From an uncultured Gammaproteobacteria bacterium (GTDB taxonomy: Bacteria; Pseudomonadota; Gammaproteobacteria; Xanthomonadales; Rhodanobacteraceae), in contig CAVXWA010000010.1 of NCBI GenBank assembly GCA_963765335.1, positions 187,920 through 251,919 of the forward strand: a stretch of DNA of 64,000 nucleotides, given 5' to 3'. Shown here one piece after another: positions 1 through 10,498 of this stretch. The position numbers were made by a program, and so were the translations under genes. Below the pieces are notes generated by a model that was not told the origin of the DNA, searched no databases, and saw only the letters and a list, made by a program, of their open reading frames with translations. Positions within the stretch are counted from its first letter, which is position 1. The number at the start of each line of letters is the position of its first letter.

Positions 1-683
1 CGCAGCCACAACGGCAAGTGCTGCGGCCACTCTTCCCGCACGGCAACAATCACTTCGCGCATGAGCCGCATGCGATTTTCGAAACTGCCGCCGTAAGCAT
101 CCGTGCGATGGTTGCTAAGCGGTGAAAGAAACTGGTGCAGCAGATAGCCATGCGCACCATGGATCTCGATCAGCTTGAAACCCGCGGCCAAGGCACGCCT
201 GGTTGCCGCGCGAAAATCCGCAATGACCTTGGCAATGCCCTGCTCGTCCAGCGCCTCCGGCACGTGCCAGTCTCGATCGAACGCCAGTGCGGACGGTGCA
301 ACCGTCGGCCACGGACCTTCATCGGCAGCGAGCGCCCTGCCACCTTCCCAGGGACGCTGGGCGCTGGCCTTGCGCCCCGCATGCGCCAGTTGCACCCCAG
401 GAATCGCTCCCTGCGTGGCAATGAAGCGCGTGATCGGCTGCCATGCGGCGAGTTGCTGCTCGTTCCACAGGCCGACATCGCCCGGGGAGATGCGCCCTTC
501 GGCGGACACCGCCGTCGCCTCGGCGATCACTAATGCGGCGCCACCGACGGCACGACTGCCAAGATGGACCAAATGCCAGTGATCGGGCATGCCATCGACG
601 GCCGAGTACTGGCACATGGGGGCGACCACGAGTCGGTTGCGCAATTCGAGGCTGCGCTGCGTCAGGGGTGTGTAGAGATTCAT
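1..683 (-). CDS. NADH:flavin oxidoreductase / old yellow enzyme family (runs off window start)
   Basis: Manual translation from ATG at 683: MNLYTPLTQRSLELRNRLVVAPMCQYSAVDG..., later QLAHAGRK and EIHGAHGYLLHQFLSP motifs. Confidence 0.92.
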   Translation of the reverse strand, partial: MNLYTPLTQRSLELRNRLVVAPMCQYSAVDGMPDHWHLVHLGSRAVGGAALVIAEATAVSAEGRISPGDVGLWNEQQLAAWQPITRFIATQGAIPGVQLAHAGRKASAQRPWEGGRALAADEGPWPTVAPSALAFDRDWHVPEALDEQGIAKVIADFRAATRRALAAGFKLIEIHGAHGYLLHQFLSPLSNHRTDAYGGSFENRMRLMREVIVAVREEWPQHLPLWL

Positions 684-735
684 CGGTCCTGCCGGTGGGG
701 ATATCCGCTCCACATGCCGACGCAGAGGACGGGCT

Positions 736-1629
736 TCAAGTGCCTGCGTCGCCGATCCCCGTCGAAACCGCGTCAAACCAGTCCGCCACCCGCGACGCGA
801 TGGGCGTCGGTGTCTTCATCCAGCTGAAGTGATCTGCGGGCTTGCCGCCCAGATCAGTGGTCGTAATGACTCGCTGTTCCCGCCGGCTACAGCCCATCTT
901 GCCGAGCAGACACGCCAGGGATGCTTCGGGTGCAAGCCAATCGTCCCGCAGTCGCAAGGCCAGCACAGGCAGATCGAGTTCGCCGAGTCGTTGCTCGAAA
1001 TCCTCGGTCATGCCCTGCGCAGCGTAGCGGCCGGTGCGGCCGCTACGCGCCCAATCGGTCATCACACGGCGGGCTTCATTGCCGCCAAAACCGATTCGAC
1101 GCCCCGGAAACCGCCCAAACAGCTGCGCCAGCAAGGGGACGGCGACAAAAGCCAGCCCTATGAAACGGCCGTAGCGAAACTGCCTCCAATAAGGTGATCC
1201 GCTCGCCACGATCAGCAACGCGGCGACCTCGTACGGATGAAGGCTGGCGTATAGCGAGGCGAGTTGACCACCGAGGCTGTGCCCGCCCATGGCATAGCTC
1301 GCCCGGGGCAAATGTTTGCGTACGGCAGCAAGACCGGCCGGCACGTCGTGCTGCAGCAGCTCCCGGTAGCCCCAGTCCTGCTGGCGACCGGCACGACGAT
1401 TACTGGAACCCATACCACGCCACTCGTGGATAGCCACGGCCACGCCGCGCTCCGCGAGCGCCTGCGCCAGTGGCAAATACTGCCTGGCCGATACGCCTAG
1501 TGCCGGCAGCCAATACAACACATGACGAACTTCGCCTGCGGGCATTTGCAAAATCACTTCTGCCGTCGCGCCATCCGCAGCGACAGCGGGCAAGGTGATA
1601 GGGGCCGGTGGCGATAACGGAACGGACAT
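736..1629 (-). CDS. Alpha/beta-fold hydrolase
   Basis: GHSLGG nucleophile elbow, WRGMGSS, C-terminal DHF; start uncertain (1629 or 1647). Confidence 0.85.
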   Translation of the reverse strand: MSVPLSPPAPITLPAVAADGATAEVILQMPAGEVRHVLYWLPALGVSARQYLPLAQALAERGVAVAIHEWRGMGSSNRRAGRQQDWGYRELLQHDVPAGLAAVRKHLPRASYAMGGHSLGGQLASLYASLHPYEVAALLIVASGSPYWRQFRYGRFIGLAFVAVPLLAQLFGRFPGRRIGFGGNEARRVMTDWARSGRTGRYAAQGMTEDFEQRLGELDLPVLALRLRDDWLAPEASLACLLGKMGCSRREQRVITTTDLGGKPADHFSWMKTPTPIASRVADWFDAVSTGIGDAGT

Positions 1630-1699
1630 TAAGACTGCTTTTGGCAAGTTAAGCCTTGCAGGCTAACTAATCCATCCGCAATGAAAAAGGCCGGCGCAT

Positions 1700-1731
1700 G
1701 AAAAAGGCCGGCTTGCGCCGGCCTTTATTTC
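1700..1731 (-). terminator. Intrinsic terminator of first cold-shock gene
   Basis: aaaaaggccggc-ttgc-gccggccttt hairpin with flanking A/T runs. Confidence 0.8.
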
Positions 1732-1747
1732 CATCGGTACGATTACG

Positions 1748-1957
1748 TCAGGCTGGGGCGACCTCATCGGCCTGCAGGCCTTTCTGGCCCTGCACCACCT
1801 TGAAGCTCACCTTCTGCCCTTCCTTCAGACTACGGAAACCCGAACCGCTAATAGCCCGGAAATGCACGAAGACATCAGGACCGCTTTCGCGACTGATGAA
1901 GCCGAAACCCTTAGCGTCGTTGAACCATTTGACTGTGCCAACTTCACGATCCGACAT
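1748..1957 (-). CDS. Cold-shock protein (CspA family)
   Basis: [15 protein letters not shown] (RNP1) and DVFVHF (RNP2), 69 aa. Confidence 0.98.
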   Translation of the reverse strand: MSDREVGTVKWFNDAKGFGFISRESGPDVFVHFRAISGSGFRSLKEGQKVSFKVVQGQKGLQADEVAPA

Positions 1958-2105
1958 GACTCACTCCGATCTGACTCGATACTGAGACAAGTCAGCCTCC
2001 CCTATGGCCGACGGCTTACTGGGCATGCAGGGATCGGGTGAAGCGATGTGGACCCTTTCGAGTCGCGCACCGGGCACGCACGTGACCGAGCAACCACAGT
2101 GAACC
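1958..2105 (-). promoter_or_regulatory. Conserved long 5' UTR of csp gene (cspA-type leader candidate)
   Basis: Shares blocks tcagcct, ggcttactgg, ggtga(a/g)gcgatg, cacagtga with the leader of the second csp gene. Confidence 0.6.
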
Positions 2106-2180
2106 AAGCATAACGGATTTCTTTAATGCAAGTGAATGACCCTAATCTCTTCACATTTCAACGACATTTACTTCAAATAT

Positions 2181-2212
2181 AAAAAAAGCCAGGCAATCTG
2201 CCTGGCTTTTTA
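2181..2212 (-). terminator. Intrinsic terminator of second cold-shock gene
   Basis: aaaaaaagccaggca-atc-tgcctggcttttt. Confidence 0.88.
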
Positions 2213-2233
2213 TTCTTGCGTGTTAACCGGGAA

Positions 2234-2443
2234 TTAGGCGGCCATCACTTCGTCGGCCTGCAGACCCTTCTGGCCCTGCACAACCTTGAAGCTGACCTTC
2301 TGGCCTTCCTGGAGGCTCTTGAAGCCATTGCCCTGGATCGCGCGGAAATGCACGAAAACGTCCGGGCCATTGTCACGGCTGATGAAGCCGAAACCCTTGG
2401 CGTCGTTGAACCACTTGACGGTACCGATCTGACGATCAGACAT
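2234..2443 (-). CDS. Cold-shock protein (CspA family), tandem paralog
   Basis: Same RNP1/RNP2 motifs; highly similar to 1748..1957. Confidence 0.98.
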   Translation of the reverse strand: MSDRQIGTVKWFNDAKGFGFISRDNGPDVFVHFRAIQGNGFKSLQEGQKVSFKVVQGQKGLQADEVMAA

Positions 2444-2605
2444 ATTGAATCACTCCTTAGGATTGAAAGACTCAGCCTGCGCAACATGCGCTGGCCGGCT
2501 TACTGGTGTGCTAGGAAACCCTAGGGGTGAGGCGATGAGGCTAGATCGAGATCAGCTGCATCGGGTCACAAAACTCTGGTGACCCCGGCAAACACAGTGA
2601 GCGCA
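2444..2605 (-). promoter_or_regulatory. Conserved long 5' UTR of csp gene (cspA-type leader candidate)
   Basis: Same conserved blocks as 1958..2105. Confidence 0.6.
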
Positions 2606-2818
2606 TCATAGCTGCTTAGCGCTTGCAACGCGAATAGGCATTTTTCCCAACCTGAATGGATGCCCGTTGGGTCGGATAAAGACCCATTTGATTTTCACGC
2701 CGTCTTCGCATTTCATCGCTCTTTAACGGACGGGGCTATTTCCCCGTAGCTCCCAAAATACACCGAACTGCCACGCCAAGCGCCCAGGATAGGCCGTTTC
2801 CTGCGCAGGAGAAGCACC

Positions 2819-3232
2819 ATGACACCCCACTGCTGCCGCCTTGCCTTTTTCGCCCTACTCGCCGCCGGCCTGTCCCTGGCGGGCTGCGCCAGTCACCCGC
2901 AAACCCGTCCGAGCACGGCCACCCCGACGCCTGCCGCGACCAGCGGAGCCGCGCAGAGCAGCGTCACAACGGGCATTGCCGCCTGCGACCAGTATTTGGC
3001 CGACTATCTGGTCTGCCATCGCGCCGCGGCGGTATTTCCGCCAGACCAGCTCGAAGGACACTACCAAACCATGCGCGCCAGCCTGCTGCAGGACGCGCAG
3101 GACCCGAAAGTCCGCCCGCTACTGGGCGCACGCTGCGCGGCGATGGCTGGACAGCTCAGCCAGGTGCTACATGGAAAATCCTGCGCGTCCGTAAGCCCTG
3201 CCCCTGCTGCGCCCGCCGGCAACGCGCGCTGA
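2819..3232 (+). CDS. Putative lipoprotein
   Basis: Signal peptide with lipobox LAGC, AGGAG RBS, TGIAACDQYL Cys-containing helical domain. Confidence 0.8.
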   Translation: MTPHCCRLAFFALLAAGLSLAGCASHPQTRPSTATPTPAATSGAAQSSVTTGIAACDQYLADYLVCHRAAAVFPPDQLEGHYQTMRASLLQDAQDPKVRPLLGARCAAMAGQLSQVLHGKSCASVSPAPAAPAGNAR

Positions 3233-3241
3233 CATCGTCGC

Positions 3242-4552
3242 TCAGGACTCGCGCAACAGTGGCCGCAGGGCCGTCGCTACGCTTGAGGGTCGGGTACGCG
3301 TCAGGCGCACGGCTGGCGTGCCATGCCATCGTGCCGTGGCCGCTATCGCCTTGGCCACAGCGCGAAGCAGGCTCTGTGTCGGCTCAACGTCCGCCTCCAG
3401 GAACAACGCCTTGATCTCGAACACGCCATCACTGCGATGCGCCTTGGCATCGAGGCGGCCGATCAGACGCCCCCGATGCAGGATGGGCAGCACGTAATAG
3501 CCATAAGCGCGCTTGGGTGCCGGCACATAGCATTCGATGGTGTATTCGAAACCAAACAGCGCCTGCGCACGTGAGCGGTCCCACACCACAGGATCGAACG
3601 GTGACAGCAATGCCGTGTGCGTGCCACGTAGCTTGCCTTGCGCGGCCTGTGCCAATAGATCCGCATGTTCGGGATGCACGTAGGCTGGCACCTTCCAGTC
3701 AGCGACCTGCACGGCGAGCAGTGCTCCACTCGCCACCAGTGGTGCGAGTTCACGATCGGTAACAGACGGTTTTAGCCGGTAGTAGTCAGCGATCCAGCGC
3801 GCTTGGGCGACACCCAAGGCACGCACGCTGTCGAGAATGAAATGCTGACGCAGGGCGTCGTGGTCCAACTGCAGCAGGCCTCGGTCCATGGGTGGATCGA
3901 GCTTGGCCTCGACGCGCTCGCTCAAATCGTAAACGCGCTGGAACCGTTCACGGCGCGTCACCATCAACTCGCCCATGGCGAACAGCGCCTCCAGCCACCG
4001 CTTTTCGGGCTTCCACGACCACCAGCCACCCGCGCCACGCTTTTCCCCTTCGAAATCCGCCGCGCGCATCGCCCCTGCCTCGCGAATGCGATCGAGTAGA
4101 CCATCCATACCTAGTCGATGTTCGCTATGCATGCGCGCCGCATGCTTGTGCGCCCAATGCGTGGATCGCTGCATGCGCCAGGCCCGATGCAGCGGAAGAT
4201 CCGCCGACGGCACGAAACAGGCTTCGTGAGCCCAGCTCTCAGCGAGCCGCCCCGCTTCCAATGCATCGTCCAGCCATTGTGGATCGTAGTCACCAAGCCG
4301 CGAATGAAGCACGAGGTAGGGACTGCGCGCGATTACATGAATGCTGTCGATCTGCAGCAGTCGCATGCGTGTGATGGCGGCAAGTACGTCTGCGGGCCGC
4401 GGTCGTGCGCGCGGCGAATGCAACAGTCCTTGCGCGGCCAGATGAAGGCGCTGCGTCTGCGCCAAACTCAGCGAGATGGCCGTGAAGGATGAAGGAATCG
4501 ACAACGGTAACGAGGACTTCACGTGATCGCGATGCCTATATTGGGGCGGCAT
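3242..4552 (-). CDS. ycaQ: YcaQ/AlkZ-family crosslink-repair DNA glycosylase (HTH_42)
   Basis: LQIDSI (QxD motif), WAHEAC, LLSPFDP, YGYYVLPIL; true start probably downstream of 4552. Confidence 0.88.
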   Translation of the reverse strand: MPPQYRHRDHVKSSLPLSIPSSFTAISLSLAQTQRLHLAAQGLLHSPRARPRPADVLAAITRMRLLQIDSIHVIARSPYLVLHSRLGDYDPQWLDDALEAGRLAESWAHEACFVPSADLPLHRAWRMQRSTHWAHKHAARMHSEHRLGMDGLLDRIREAGAMRAADFEGEKRGAGGWWSWKPEKRWLEALFAMGELMVTRRERFQRVYDLSERVEAKLDPPMDRGLLQLDHDALRQHFILDSVRALGVAQARWIADYYRLKPSVTDRELAPLVASGALLAVQVADWKVPAYVHPEHADLLAQAAQGKLRGTHTALLSPFDPVVWDRSRAQALFGFEYTIECYVPAPKRAYGYYVLPILHRGRLIGRLDAKAHRSDGVFEIKALFLEADVEPTQSLLRAVAKAIAATARWHGTPAVRLTRTRPSSVATALRPLLRES

Positions 4553-4671
4553 TTATTGTGCTTTTGCTAGCGTTGGGCCTGGCGCGGAAGCAATCAAAAA
4601 CACGACATTGCCATGATGGCATCCACCGCGCCTCCGTCCACAAGCCACGCATTCTGGCATGGAGTCACGAG

Positions 4672-5058
4672 ATGAAATACCGCAAAACTTTTCTTGCATT
4701 GCTTACCACCGGCTCGATGATGTTGGCCGGCTCGTTGCTGGCGCAGGATCAGCCAGCACCCATGTCCCCCACGCCCCCTGCACCTGCCGCACCCATGCCA
4801 GCCGCATCGCCCGGCGGCGTCACCAGTAGCGCGCAACTCAGTATCCCAACGGGGCAGCTGACGGTGAAGTCCACGGTCCCGCCTGTCGCGGCCGGCCCTG
4901 CGCCCAGCTTCGAACAGCTGTCTGGCGGCTCGCGCTATATCACAGTGGATCAGGCCACCGCGTATCCGCTGCTGGCCAATGACTTCGCGTATGTCGACAA
5001 AGGCAAGACCGGGCACATCACCAAGTCCCAATACGAGCACTGGCTCAGCAACAAATAA
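4672..5058 (+). CDS. Secreted hypothetical protein with Pro/Ala linker and EF-hand-like C-terminus
   Basis: GGAG RBS, signal peptide MKYRKTFLALL, DKGKTGHITKSQY EF-hand-like loop. Confidence 0.7.
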   Translation: MKYRKTFLALLTTGSMMLAGSLLAQDQPAPMSPTPPAPAAPMPAASPGGVTSSAQLSIPTGQLTVKSTVPPVAAGPAPSFEQLSGGSRYITVDQATAYPLLANDFAYVDKGKTGHITKSQYEHWLSNK

Positions 5059-5202
5059 GTAAGGCGCAGAAATAAGTAAGATGAAGGCTCCCGACGCGGG
5101 CCATCTGCCTTGGTGGTCCGCGTCGTCACATGCAACGCATGCTTTTGATGGTATGCGGCTGGCACGCAGGCAGCGATCAATCCGATCGTATGCCAGACAT
5201 GG

Positions 5203-6300
5203 ATGGAGCCCCTGATGATAAAACCGAGCTCACTTGCGGCCCTGGCTCTCGCCTCAGGCTTCGCCGTCGCCGCACGCGCACAGACGCCGGACCCGATGGA
5301 TATTCGTGCGTGTACCGCGCTGGAAAACGATGCGCAGCGACTGGCCTGTTATGACCACGCCACGGGTCGCCAAAATCTGCCGGCGGCGCAAAAAAAGAGT
5401 GAGCCATCCGCACGTCAAGGCCACATGTTCGGACATGAGCAGGCTAAGGCGAATACGGAAACCACTCCGTCATCCGATCAGAAAGCGGTCTCTTTGCTCG
5501 ACAGCCGTTGGGAGCTATCGCCTGAAAGCAAGCTCGGAACCTTTAACGTTCGTGCTTACAAGCCGATCACCGTGATGCCCTTTTTTGCCAGCAGCAACCA
5601 GAACAGCCAGCCGACCAGTCCCAATCCGAACAATACGGTGGAAAAACCGCAGGACCTGGACAACATCGAAAGCAAGTTCCAGCTCAGCCTGAAGACCAAG
5701 GTCTGGCAAGGCGTATTCGGCGACGAAGGCGACCTCTGGGTGGCCTATACCCAGTCCTCGCGCTGGCAGGTCTATAACGAAGCGAACTCGCGGCCCTTTC
5801 GCGAAACGAACTACGAGCCCGAAGCCATTCTCGTCTTCAACACGAACTACGACGTGGCGGGATGGAATGGCCGGCTGCTCGGCATCGCGCTGAACCACGA
5901 ATCCAATGGCCAGTCCGATCCGCTGTCGCGTAGCTGGAACCGCGTGATGGGCTATGTGGGATTCGAGCGTGAAAACTGGACGGTGATGCTGCGTCCGTGG
6001 TGGCGCATCCCGGAGAGTCGTGGCAACGACGACAACCCGGACATCAGCAACTATATGGGTCGTGCCGATATGCAGATCGTGCACGAATGGCGTGGCCAGG
6101 AGTTCGGCCTGATGTTGCGTCACTCGTTACGTGGCGGCAGCGAGAGTCACGGCGCGGCGCAGTTCACCTGGGCGTTCCCCATCGTCGGCAACTTGCGCGG
6201 CTATATGGAGCTGTTCAAGGGTTACGGCGAGAGCATGATCGACTACAACCACAACGCCACCTACCTGGGCCTTGGTCTGTCGCTGCTCGACTGGTACTGA
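5203..6300 (+). CDS. pldA: Outer membrane phospholipase A
   Basis: KFQLSLK, RPFRETNYEPE, HESNG catalytic motif, SRSWNR, GYGESMIDYN. Confidence 0.95.
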   Translation: MEPLMIKPSSLAALALASGFAVAARAQTPDPMDIRACTALENDAQRLACYDHATGRQNLPAAQKKSEPSARQGHMFGHEQAKANTETTPSSDQKAVSLLDSRWELSPESKLGTFNVRAYKPITVMPFFASSNQNSQPTSPNPNNTVEKPQDLDNIESKFQLSLKTKVWQGVFGDEGDLWVAYTQSSRWQVYNEANSRPFRETNYEPEAILVFNTNYDVAGWNGRLLGIALNHESNGQSDPLSRSWNRVMGYVGFERENWTVMLRPWWRIPESRGNDDNPDISNYMGRADMQIVHEWRGQEFGLMLRHSLRGGSESHGAAQFTWAFPIVGNLRGYMELFKGYGESMIDYNHNATYLGLGLSLLDWY

Positions 6301-6353
6301 CCCGATGCACGCGTAGGACGGCGCTGCGCTGATGGCAACGCCGCCCAAGGGCA

Positions 6354-6836
6354 TCAGTGGTGATGGCCGCCTTCGCCATGCGCGTGGCCGTGGGACAGCT
6401 CTTCCTCGGTGGCAGCGCGCACCTCGGTCACTTCCACGTCGAAGTGCAGTGCCTGGCCGGCCAGCGGGTGGTTGCCATCGATGTGGACCTTGTCGTCCTC
6501 GACCTTGGTCACGGTGACGTTGATGACGCCCTGCGGGCCACGACCCTGGAACTGCATGCCCGGCTGGATGTCCTCGACACCCTGGAAGGCCTCGCGCGGC
6601 ACTTCCTGCACGAGCTCCGCATGACGCACGCCGTAGCCCTCTTCCGGCACCACATCCACCTTGAACTGGTCGCCGACCTGACGGCCTTCCATCGCCTTTT
6701 CCAGGCCCGGCACGATCTGGCCAACACCCTGCAGGTACACCAGCGGCTCACGACCCTGCGAGCTGTCGAGTACCTGACCTTGGTCGTCGGTCAGCGTGTA
6801 GTGGAAGGAAACAACCGTGTTTTCTGCGATCTGCAT
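6354..6836 (-). CDS. slyD: FKBP-type peptidyl-prolyl isomerase SlyD
   Basis: MQIAENTVVSFHYTL, DGNHPLAG, His-rich tail. Confidence 0.96.
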   Translation of the reverse strand: MQIAENTVVSFHYTLTDDQGQVLDSSQGREPLVYLQGVGQIVPGLEKAMEGRQVGDQFKVDVVPEEGYGVRHAELVQEVPREAFQGVEDIQPGMQFQGRGPQGVINVTVTKVEDDKVHIDGNHPLAGQALHFDVEVTEVRAATEEELSHGHAHGEGGHHH

Positions 6837-6954
6837 GACGTTCTCGTATGGGGAATGGGGCGCCGGGAGGCCCGGCACGAAGTGCCAAGATTAACAGACT
6901 GGGTCTAAGCGGCATCGGCTAGCAGCGCCCCAGGCGATTGGCGATACTTGCCCC

Positions 6955-8565
6955 ATGGTCATGCCGCGACGTCCATCTTGCAGCCGTGCTGGCGCGGTTC
7001 TATGCGCCGGACTGATGGGCTTGCTCCTCTCAATCGGGTCCTTGGCGGCAGCGCCACAGCCGGCTTCCCCGCCGCCGGCGCCGACCCGAGCGCCCTCGCT
7101 GGCGACCCAGATCAACGAGCTCATCGGCCAACCGCGCTTTGCGGGTGCCGACTGGGGCATCTCGGTCGTTTCGCTCGACAGCGGCCACGCCCTCTACATG
7201 CACCACGCCGACCAGCTGTTCCAGCCGGCCTCGACCGCGAAGCTCTTCACCGCCGCGATCGCGCTGAGCGAGCTGGATCCGGACTACCGCATTCCGACCC
7301 GTGTCATGGCCAGCGGAGAGATCCGCAATGGCCGACTGGACGGACCACTCATCCTCTACGGCATGGGCGACCCCACCCTCGGCTCGGACGCATCGACCAG
7401 CGATTGGCCCGACCAGCTGGCCAGCCAGCTGGCCGCGCGGGGCCTGCGCCAGGTCCATGGCGACCTGATTGCAGATGCCACCTACTTCGCCGGTCCCGTC
7501 ATGGGGTCCGGCTGGGAGGCCGTCGATCTGCAGAGCTGGTTTGCCGTACCGGCGACGGCCTTGAGCGTGCGGGAAAACCAGGTCGACGTCACCGTGACGC
7601 CCGCGGCAGCCGCCGGCGGGCACGCCGTCGTCAGCTTTGATCCCGCCGACGCCATGCCCCAGGTGATCAGCGAGGTCACCACCAGCGAGCCGCGCACCCG
7701 CAACGACATCAATCTTTACCGCGCCCCGGGCGATGCCACGCTTTACGCCTTCGGCAACATCGCCGCGCGCTCGCCGGCACAAAGCTACAAGCTTGCCGTG
7801 CCCGATCCCGCGCGTTACGCAGGCAACTTGCTGCTGCAAGCCATGATTCGCCATGGCATAGAGCTAGACGGAAAACTGACGCCCTTGCAGTGGCCTCGCC
7901 GAGATACCGCACGTACCGCCGAGGCACGCACGCTGGCAGAAGTCCTGTCGCCGTCCGTCGGGGCGATCTTGCAGCGCGGCTTGAAACGCTCACAGAACCT
8001 CTACCTGCAGAACCTGCTCCTGCTTGCCGGTGTCCGGGCCCAGGCCTATGCAGAACAGACCGAGGGCAGCACCGGATTCATCACCACCGAGCGTTGGGGC
8101 ATCCGCGCCATGCACGAGCTGCTTGAGCGCGCCGGCATTACGCCGTCGGTCAGCCTCATCGAGGAAGGCACCGGCCTGTCGCGACGCAACCTCGCCACGC
8201 CCAATGCCATGGCCCGCCTGTTGGCATTTCTTGCCGGACAGCCTTATGCGGCAGCCCTCAAGGAATCGCTACCCATCGCGGGCGTCGATGGCACCCTGCA
8301 ATGGCGCATGCGCAACACGCCGGCCGAAAACAACGTGCGCGCCAAGACCGGCAGCATGAGCTTCGTGCACTGCCTGGCCGGTTACGTCACCACGGCCGAT
8401 GGCGAACGACTGGCGTTCGCCATCATGCTCAACAATTACGATCCACCGTCCGGCGCTCCCAGCGCCAGTCGCGATATCGACGCCATTGCCGTGATGCTTG
8501 CCGGCTTACGGAGCCACAGCGAGGCGGCCACGTCACTCAGTGTGGCGGCTCAACCGGCCAACTGA
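6955..8565 (+). CDS. dacB: D-alanyl-D-alanine carboxypeptidase/endopeptidase (PBP4, S13)
   Basis: PASTAK (SxxK), SQN (SxN), AKTGS (KTG), signal peptide. Confidence 0.93.
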   Translation: MVMPRRPSCSRAGAVLCAGLMGLLLSIGSLAAAPQPASPPPAPTRAPSLATQINELIGQPRFAGADWGISVVSLDSGHALYMHHADQLFQPASTAKLFTAAIALSELDPDYRIPTRVMASGEIRNGRLDGPLILYGMGDPTLGSDASTSDWPDQLASQLAARGLRQVHGDLIADATYFAGPVMGSGWEAVDLQSWFAVPATALSVRENQVDVTVTPAAAAGGHAVVSFDPADAMPQVISEVTTSEPRTRNDINLYRAPGDATLYAFGNIAARSPAQSYKLAVPDPARYAGNLLLQAMIRHGIELDGKLTPLQWPRRDTARTAEARTLAEVLSPSVGAILQRGLKRSQNLYLQNLLLLAGVRAQAYAEQTEGSTGFITTERWGIRAMHELLERAGITPSVSLIEEGTGLSRRNLATPNAMARLLAFLAGQPYAAALKESLPIAGVDGTLQWRMRNTPAENNVRAKTGSMSFVHCLAGYVTTADGERLAFAIMLNNYDPPSGAPSASRDIDAIAVMLAGLRSHSEAATSLSVAAQPAN

Positions 8566-8572
8566 GACTTCA

Positions 8573-8838
8573 GAGCCTGTTTGGGATCTCCGCGTGGCCC
8601 GCGCCGGGAGCTGTTTGCGCTCAGGCCAAGGAAGAACGAGGGCGTGTACGTCGATACACAACCGAGTGATGACGCAGGCATGGGGGCAAACAGACCCGGC
8701 CCGGAGGGTTGAGTTCGTGCGCCCGCCAGGCACCGATGCGCGGCTCGACCTGACAGCCAGTCAGGCGCTTCGCCACGCACCGCTCCCTGGCGGGCGCACG
8801 AACTCAACGCGGGCTACGCGGAGATTCCAAACAGGCTC
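8573..8838. mobile_element. MITE family A, copy 1 (inserted in 3' end of glutathione peroxidase gene)
   Basis: Terminal inverted repeats GAGCCTGTTT...AAACAGGCTC, flanks TCA/TAA, homologous to 20826 and 47598 copies. Confidence 0.85.
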
Positions 8839-9304
8839 TAAGATCCTTGCCGATCTTCTCCGGCGTGTCGGTAGGCGCGTAGCGCTTTACCACCTGCCCA
8901 TCGCGATCGATCAGGAACTTGGTGAAGTTCCATTTGATCGACTCGCTGCCCAGGATGCCCTTGCCCTCGCTCTTCAACCACTTGTAGAGCGGATGCGCGC
9001 CGTCGCCATTCACCTCGATCTTGGAGAACAAGGGGAAGCTCACGTCGTAGCTGGTAGAGCAGAAATTGCGGATCTCCGCCTCGTTACCCGGCTCCTGATG
9101 ACCGAACTGGTCGCAGGGAAACCCGAGCACGACCAGGCCCTTGTCGCGCGCGGTCTGCCATAGCGCTTCCAGCCCCGTGTATTGCGGCGTGAAGCCGCAC
9201 TTGGAGGCCACGTTGACGATCAGCATGGCCTGACCGCGCCACTCGGCGAGCGAACGCTCGTTGCCATCAATGTCGCGGGCGGAAAAGTCGTAGACGGAAG
9301 TCAT
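8804..9304 (-). CDS. Glutathione peroxidase
   Basis: NVASKCG, LGFPCDQFGHQEPG, KWNFTKFL; start MTSVYDF at 9304. Confidence 0.95.
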   Translation of the reverse strand: MTSVYDFSARDIDGNERSLAEWRGQAMLIVNVASKCGFTPQYTGLEALWQTARDKGLVVLGFPCDQFGHQEPGNEAEIRNFCSTSYDVSFPLFSKIEVNGDGAHPLYKWLKSEGKGILGSESIKWNFTKFLIDRDGQVVKRYAPTDTPEKIGKDLRACLESPRSPR

Positions 9305-9466
9305 CGCGGCGATCCTGCTGGAAGAAGCGTCAAGTCTAATGCCGAGTACGTCACCACGGCGATATCGATATAACGTTCCGTGATGACTGCGGGGAAGGAA
9401 CCCGACTGACACATGATTTATGCTTGTCGCCGGCCGGCATCGCCGGCTCCCACCCGAAGGTAACCC

Positions 9467-10498
9467 GTGATCAGATTTCAGGCCGTCCACAAGTCCTACC
9501 GCGTCGACGGCAGGGACGTTTCCGCCTTGCAGCCCTTCAACCTTGAGATCGCCGACGGCGAGGTGTTTGGCATCATTGGCCATTCCGGCGCGGGCAAATC
9601 GACACTTATACGTCTGATCAACCTACTGGAGCGCCCGAGCGGTGGTCGCATCCTTATCGACGACACCGACATGACGGCCCTGCCCGCAGCCGAATTGCGT
9701 CAGCGGCGCCAGGGCATCGGCATGATCTTCCAGCACTTCAACCTGCTGGCCTCGCAGACCGTGGCGGAGAACGTGGCGTTCCCGTTGCGGCTCGCGGGCG
9801 AGAACGACGCGGCGACTATGCGCAAACGGGTGGATGAATTGCTTGCCCGCGTCGGCCTGACTGCGCACGCCGACAAGTACCCTTCGCAGCTCTCCGGTGG
9901 ACAGAAGCAGCGCGTGGGTATTGCGCGAGCGCTGGCCAACCGTCCGTCGATCCTGCTGTGCGACGAAGCCACCAGCGCGCTCGATCCGCAGACCACCGCA
10001 TCGGTGCTGGACCTGCTGGCGGAGATCAATCGCGAACTCAAGCTCACCATCGTGCTGATTACCCACGAGATGGATGTGGTTCGCCGCGTCTGCGACCGCG
10101 TGGCCGTGCTCGATGCCGGCACGATCGTGGAAACAGGCTCGGTGGTGGATGTCTTCCTGCATCCGCAGCACCCCACGACGCGACGCTTCGTCAACGAAGC
10201 ACTGCCCGAGGAAGCGGCAGGCGAACAAGCACCGTTCGCACATGTCACCGGGCAAGTGATGCGGCTGTCGTTCCGTGGCGAGACTACCTGGACACCCGCC
10301 CTGGGTCGCGTCGCGCGCGAGACCGGCGTGGACTTCAACATCCTCGCCGGCCGCATCGACCGCATCAAGGACCTGCCGTATGGACAGCTCACGCTGGCCA
10401 TGCAGGGGGCACGTGTCGACGAAGCGCTCGCCATCTTGCGTCAGGCAGGCATCGAGGTCGAGGAAATCAAGCCGTCGTCGCCGGAGAATAAATCGTGA
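9467..10498 (+). CDS. metN: Methionine ABC transporter ATP-binding protein
   Basis: [34 protein letters not shown]-terminal NIL domain. Confidence 0.95.
   Translation: MIRFQAVHKSYRVDGRDVSALQPFNLEIADGEVFGIIGHSGAGKSTLIRLINLLERPSGGRILIDDTDMTALPAAELRQRRQGIGMIFQHFNLLASQTVAENVAFPLRLAGENDAATMRKRVDELLARVGLTAHADKYPSQLSGGQKQRVGIARALANRPSILLCDEATSALDPQTTASVLDLLAEINRELKLTIVLITHEMDVVRRVCDRVAVLDAGTIVETGSVVDVFLHPQHPTTRRFVNEALPEEAAGEQAPFAHVTGQVMRLSFRGETTWTPALGRVARETGVDFNILAGRIDRIKDLPYGQLTLAMQGARVDEALAILRQAGIEVEEIKPSSPENKS

Noticed and set aside
8498-9163. ORFs crossing MITE copies (also 23351..23689, 47423..47968, 53024..53423) as possible transposases
   Set aside because: No DDE or HUH motifs; these are chance frames in GC-rich hairpin DNA.
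9305-9466. SAM riboswitch upstream of metNIQ
   Set aside because: No recognisable SAM riboswitch consensus or terminator by eye; an Rfam scan would be decisive.
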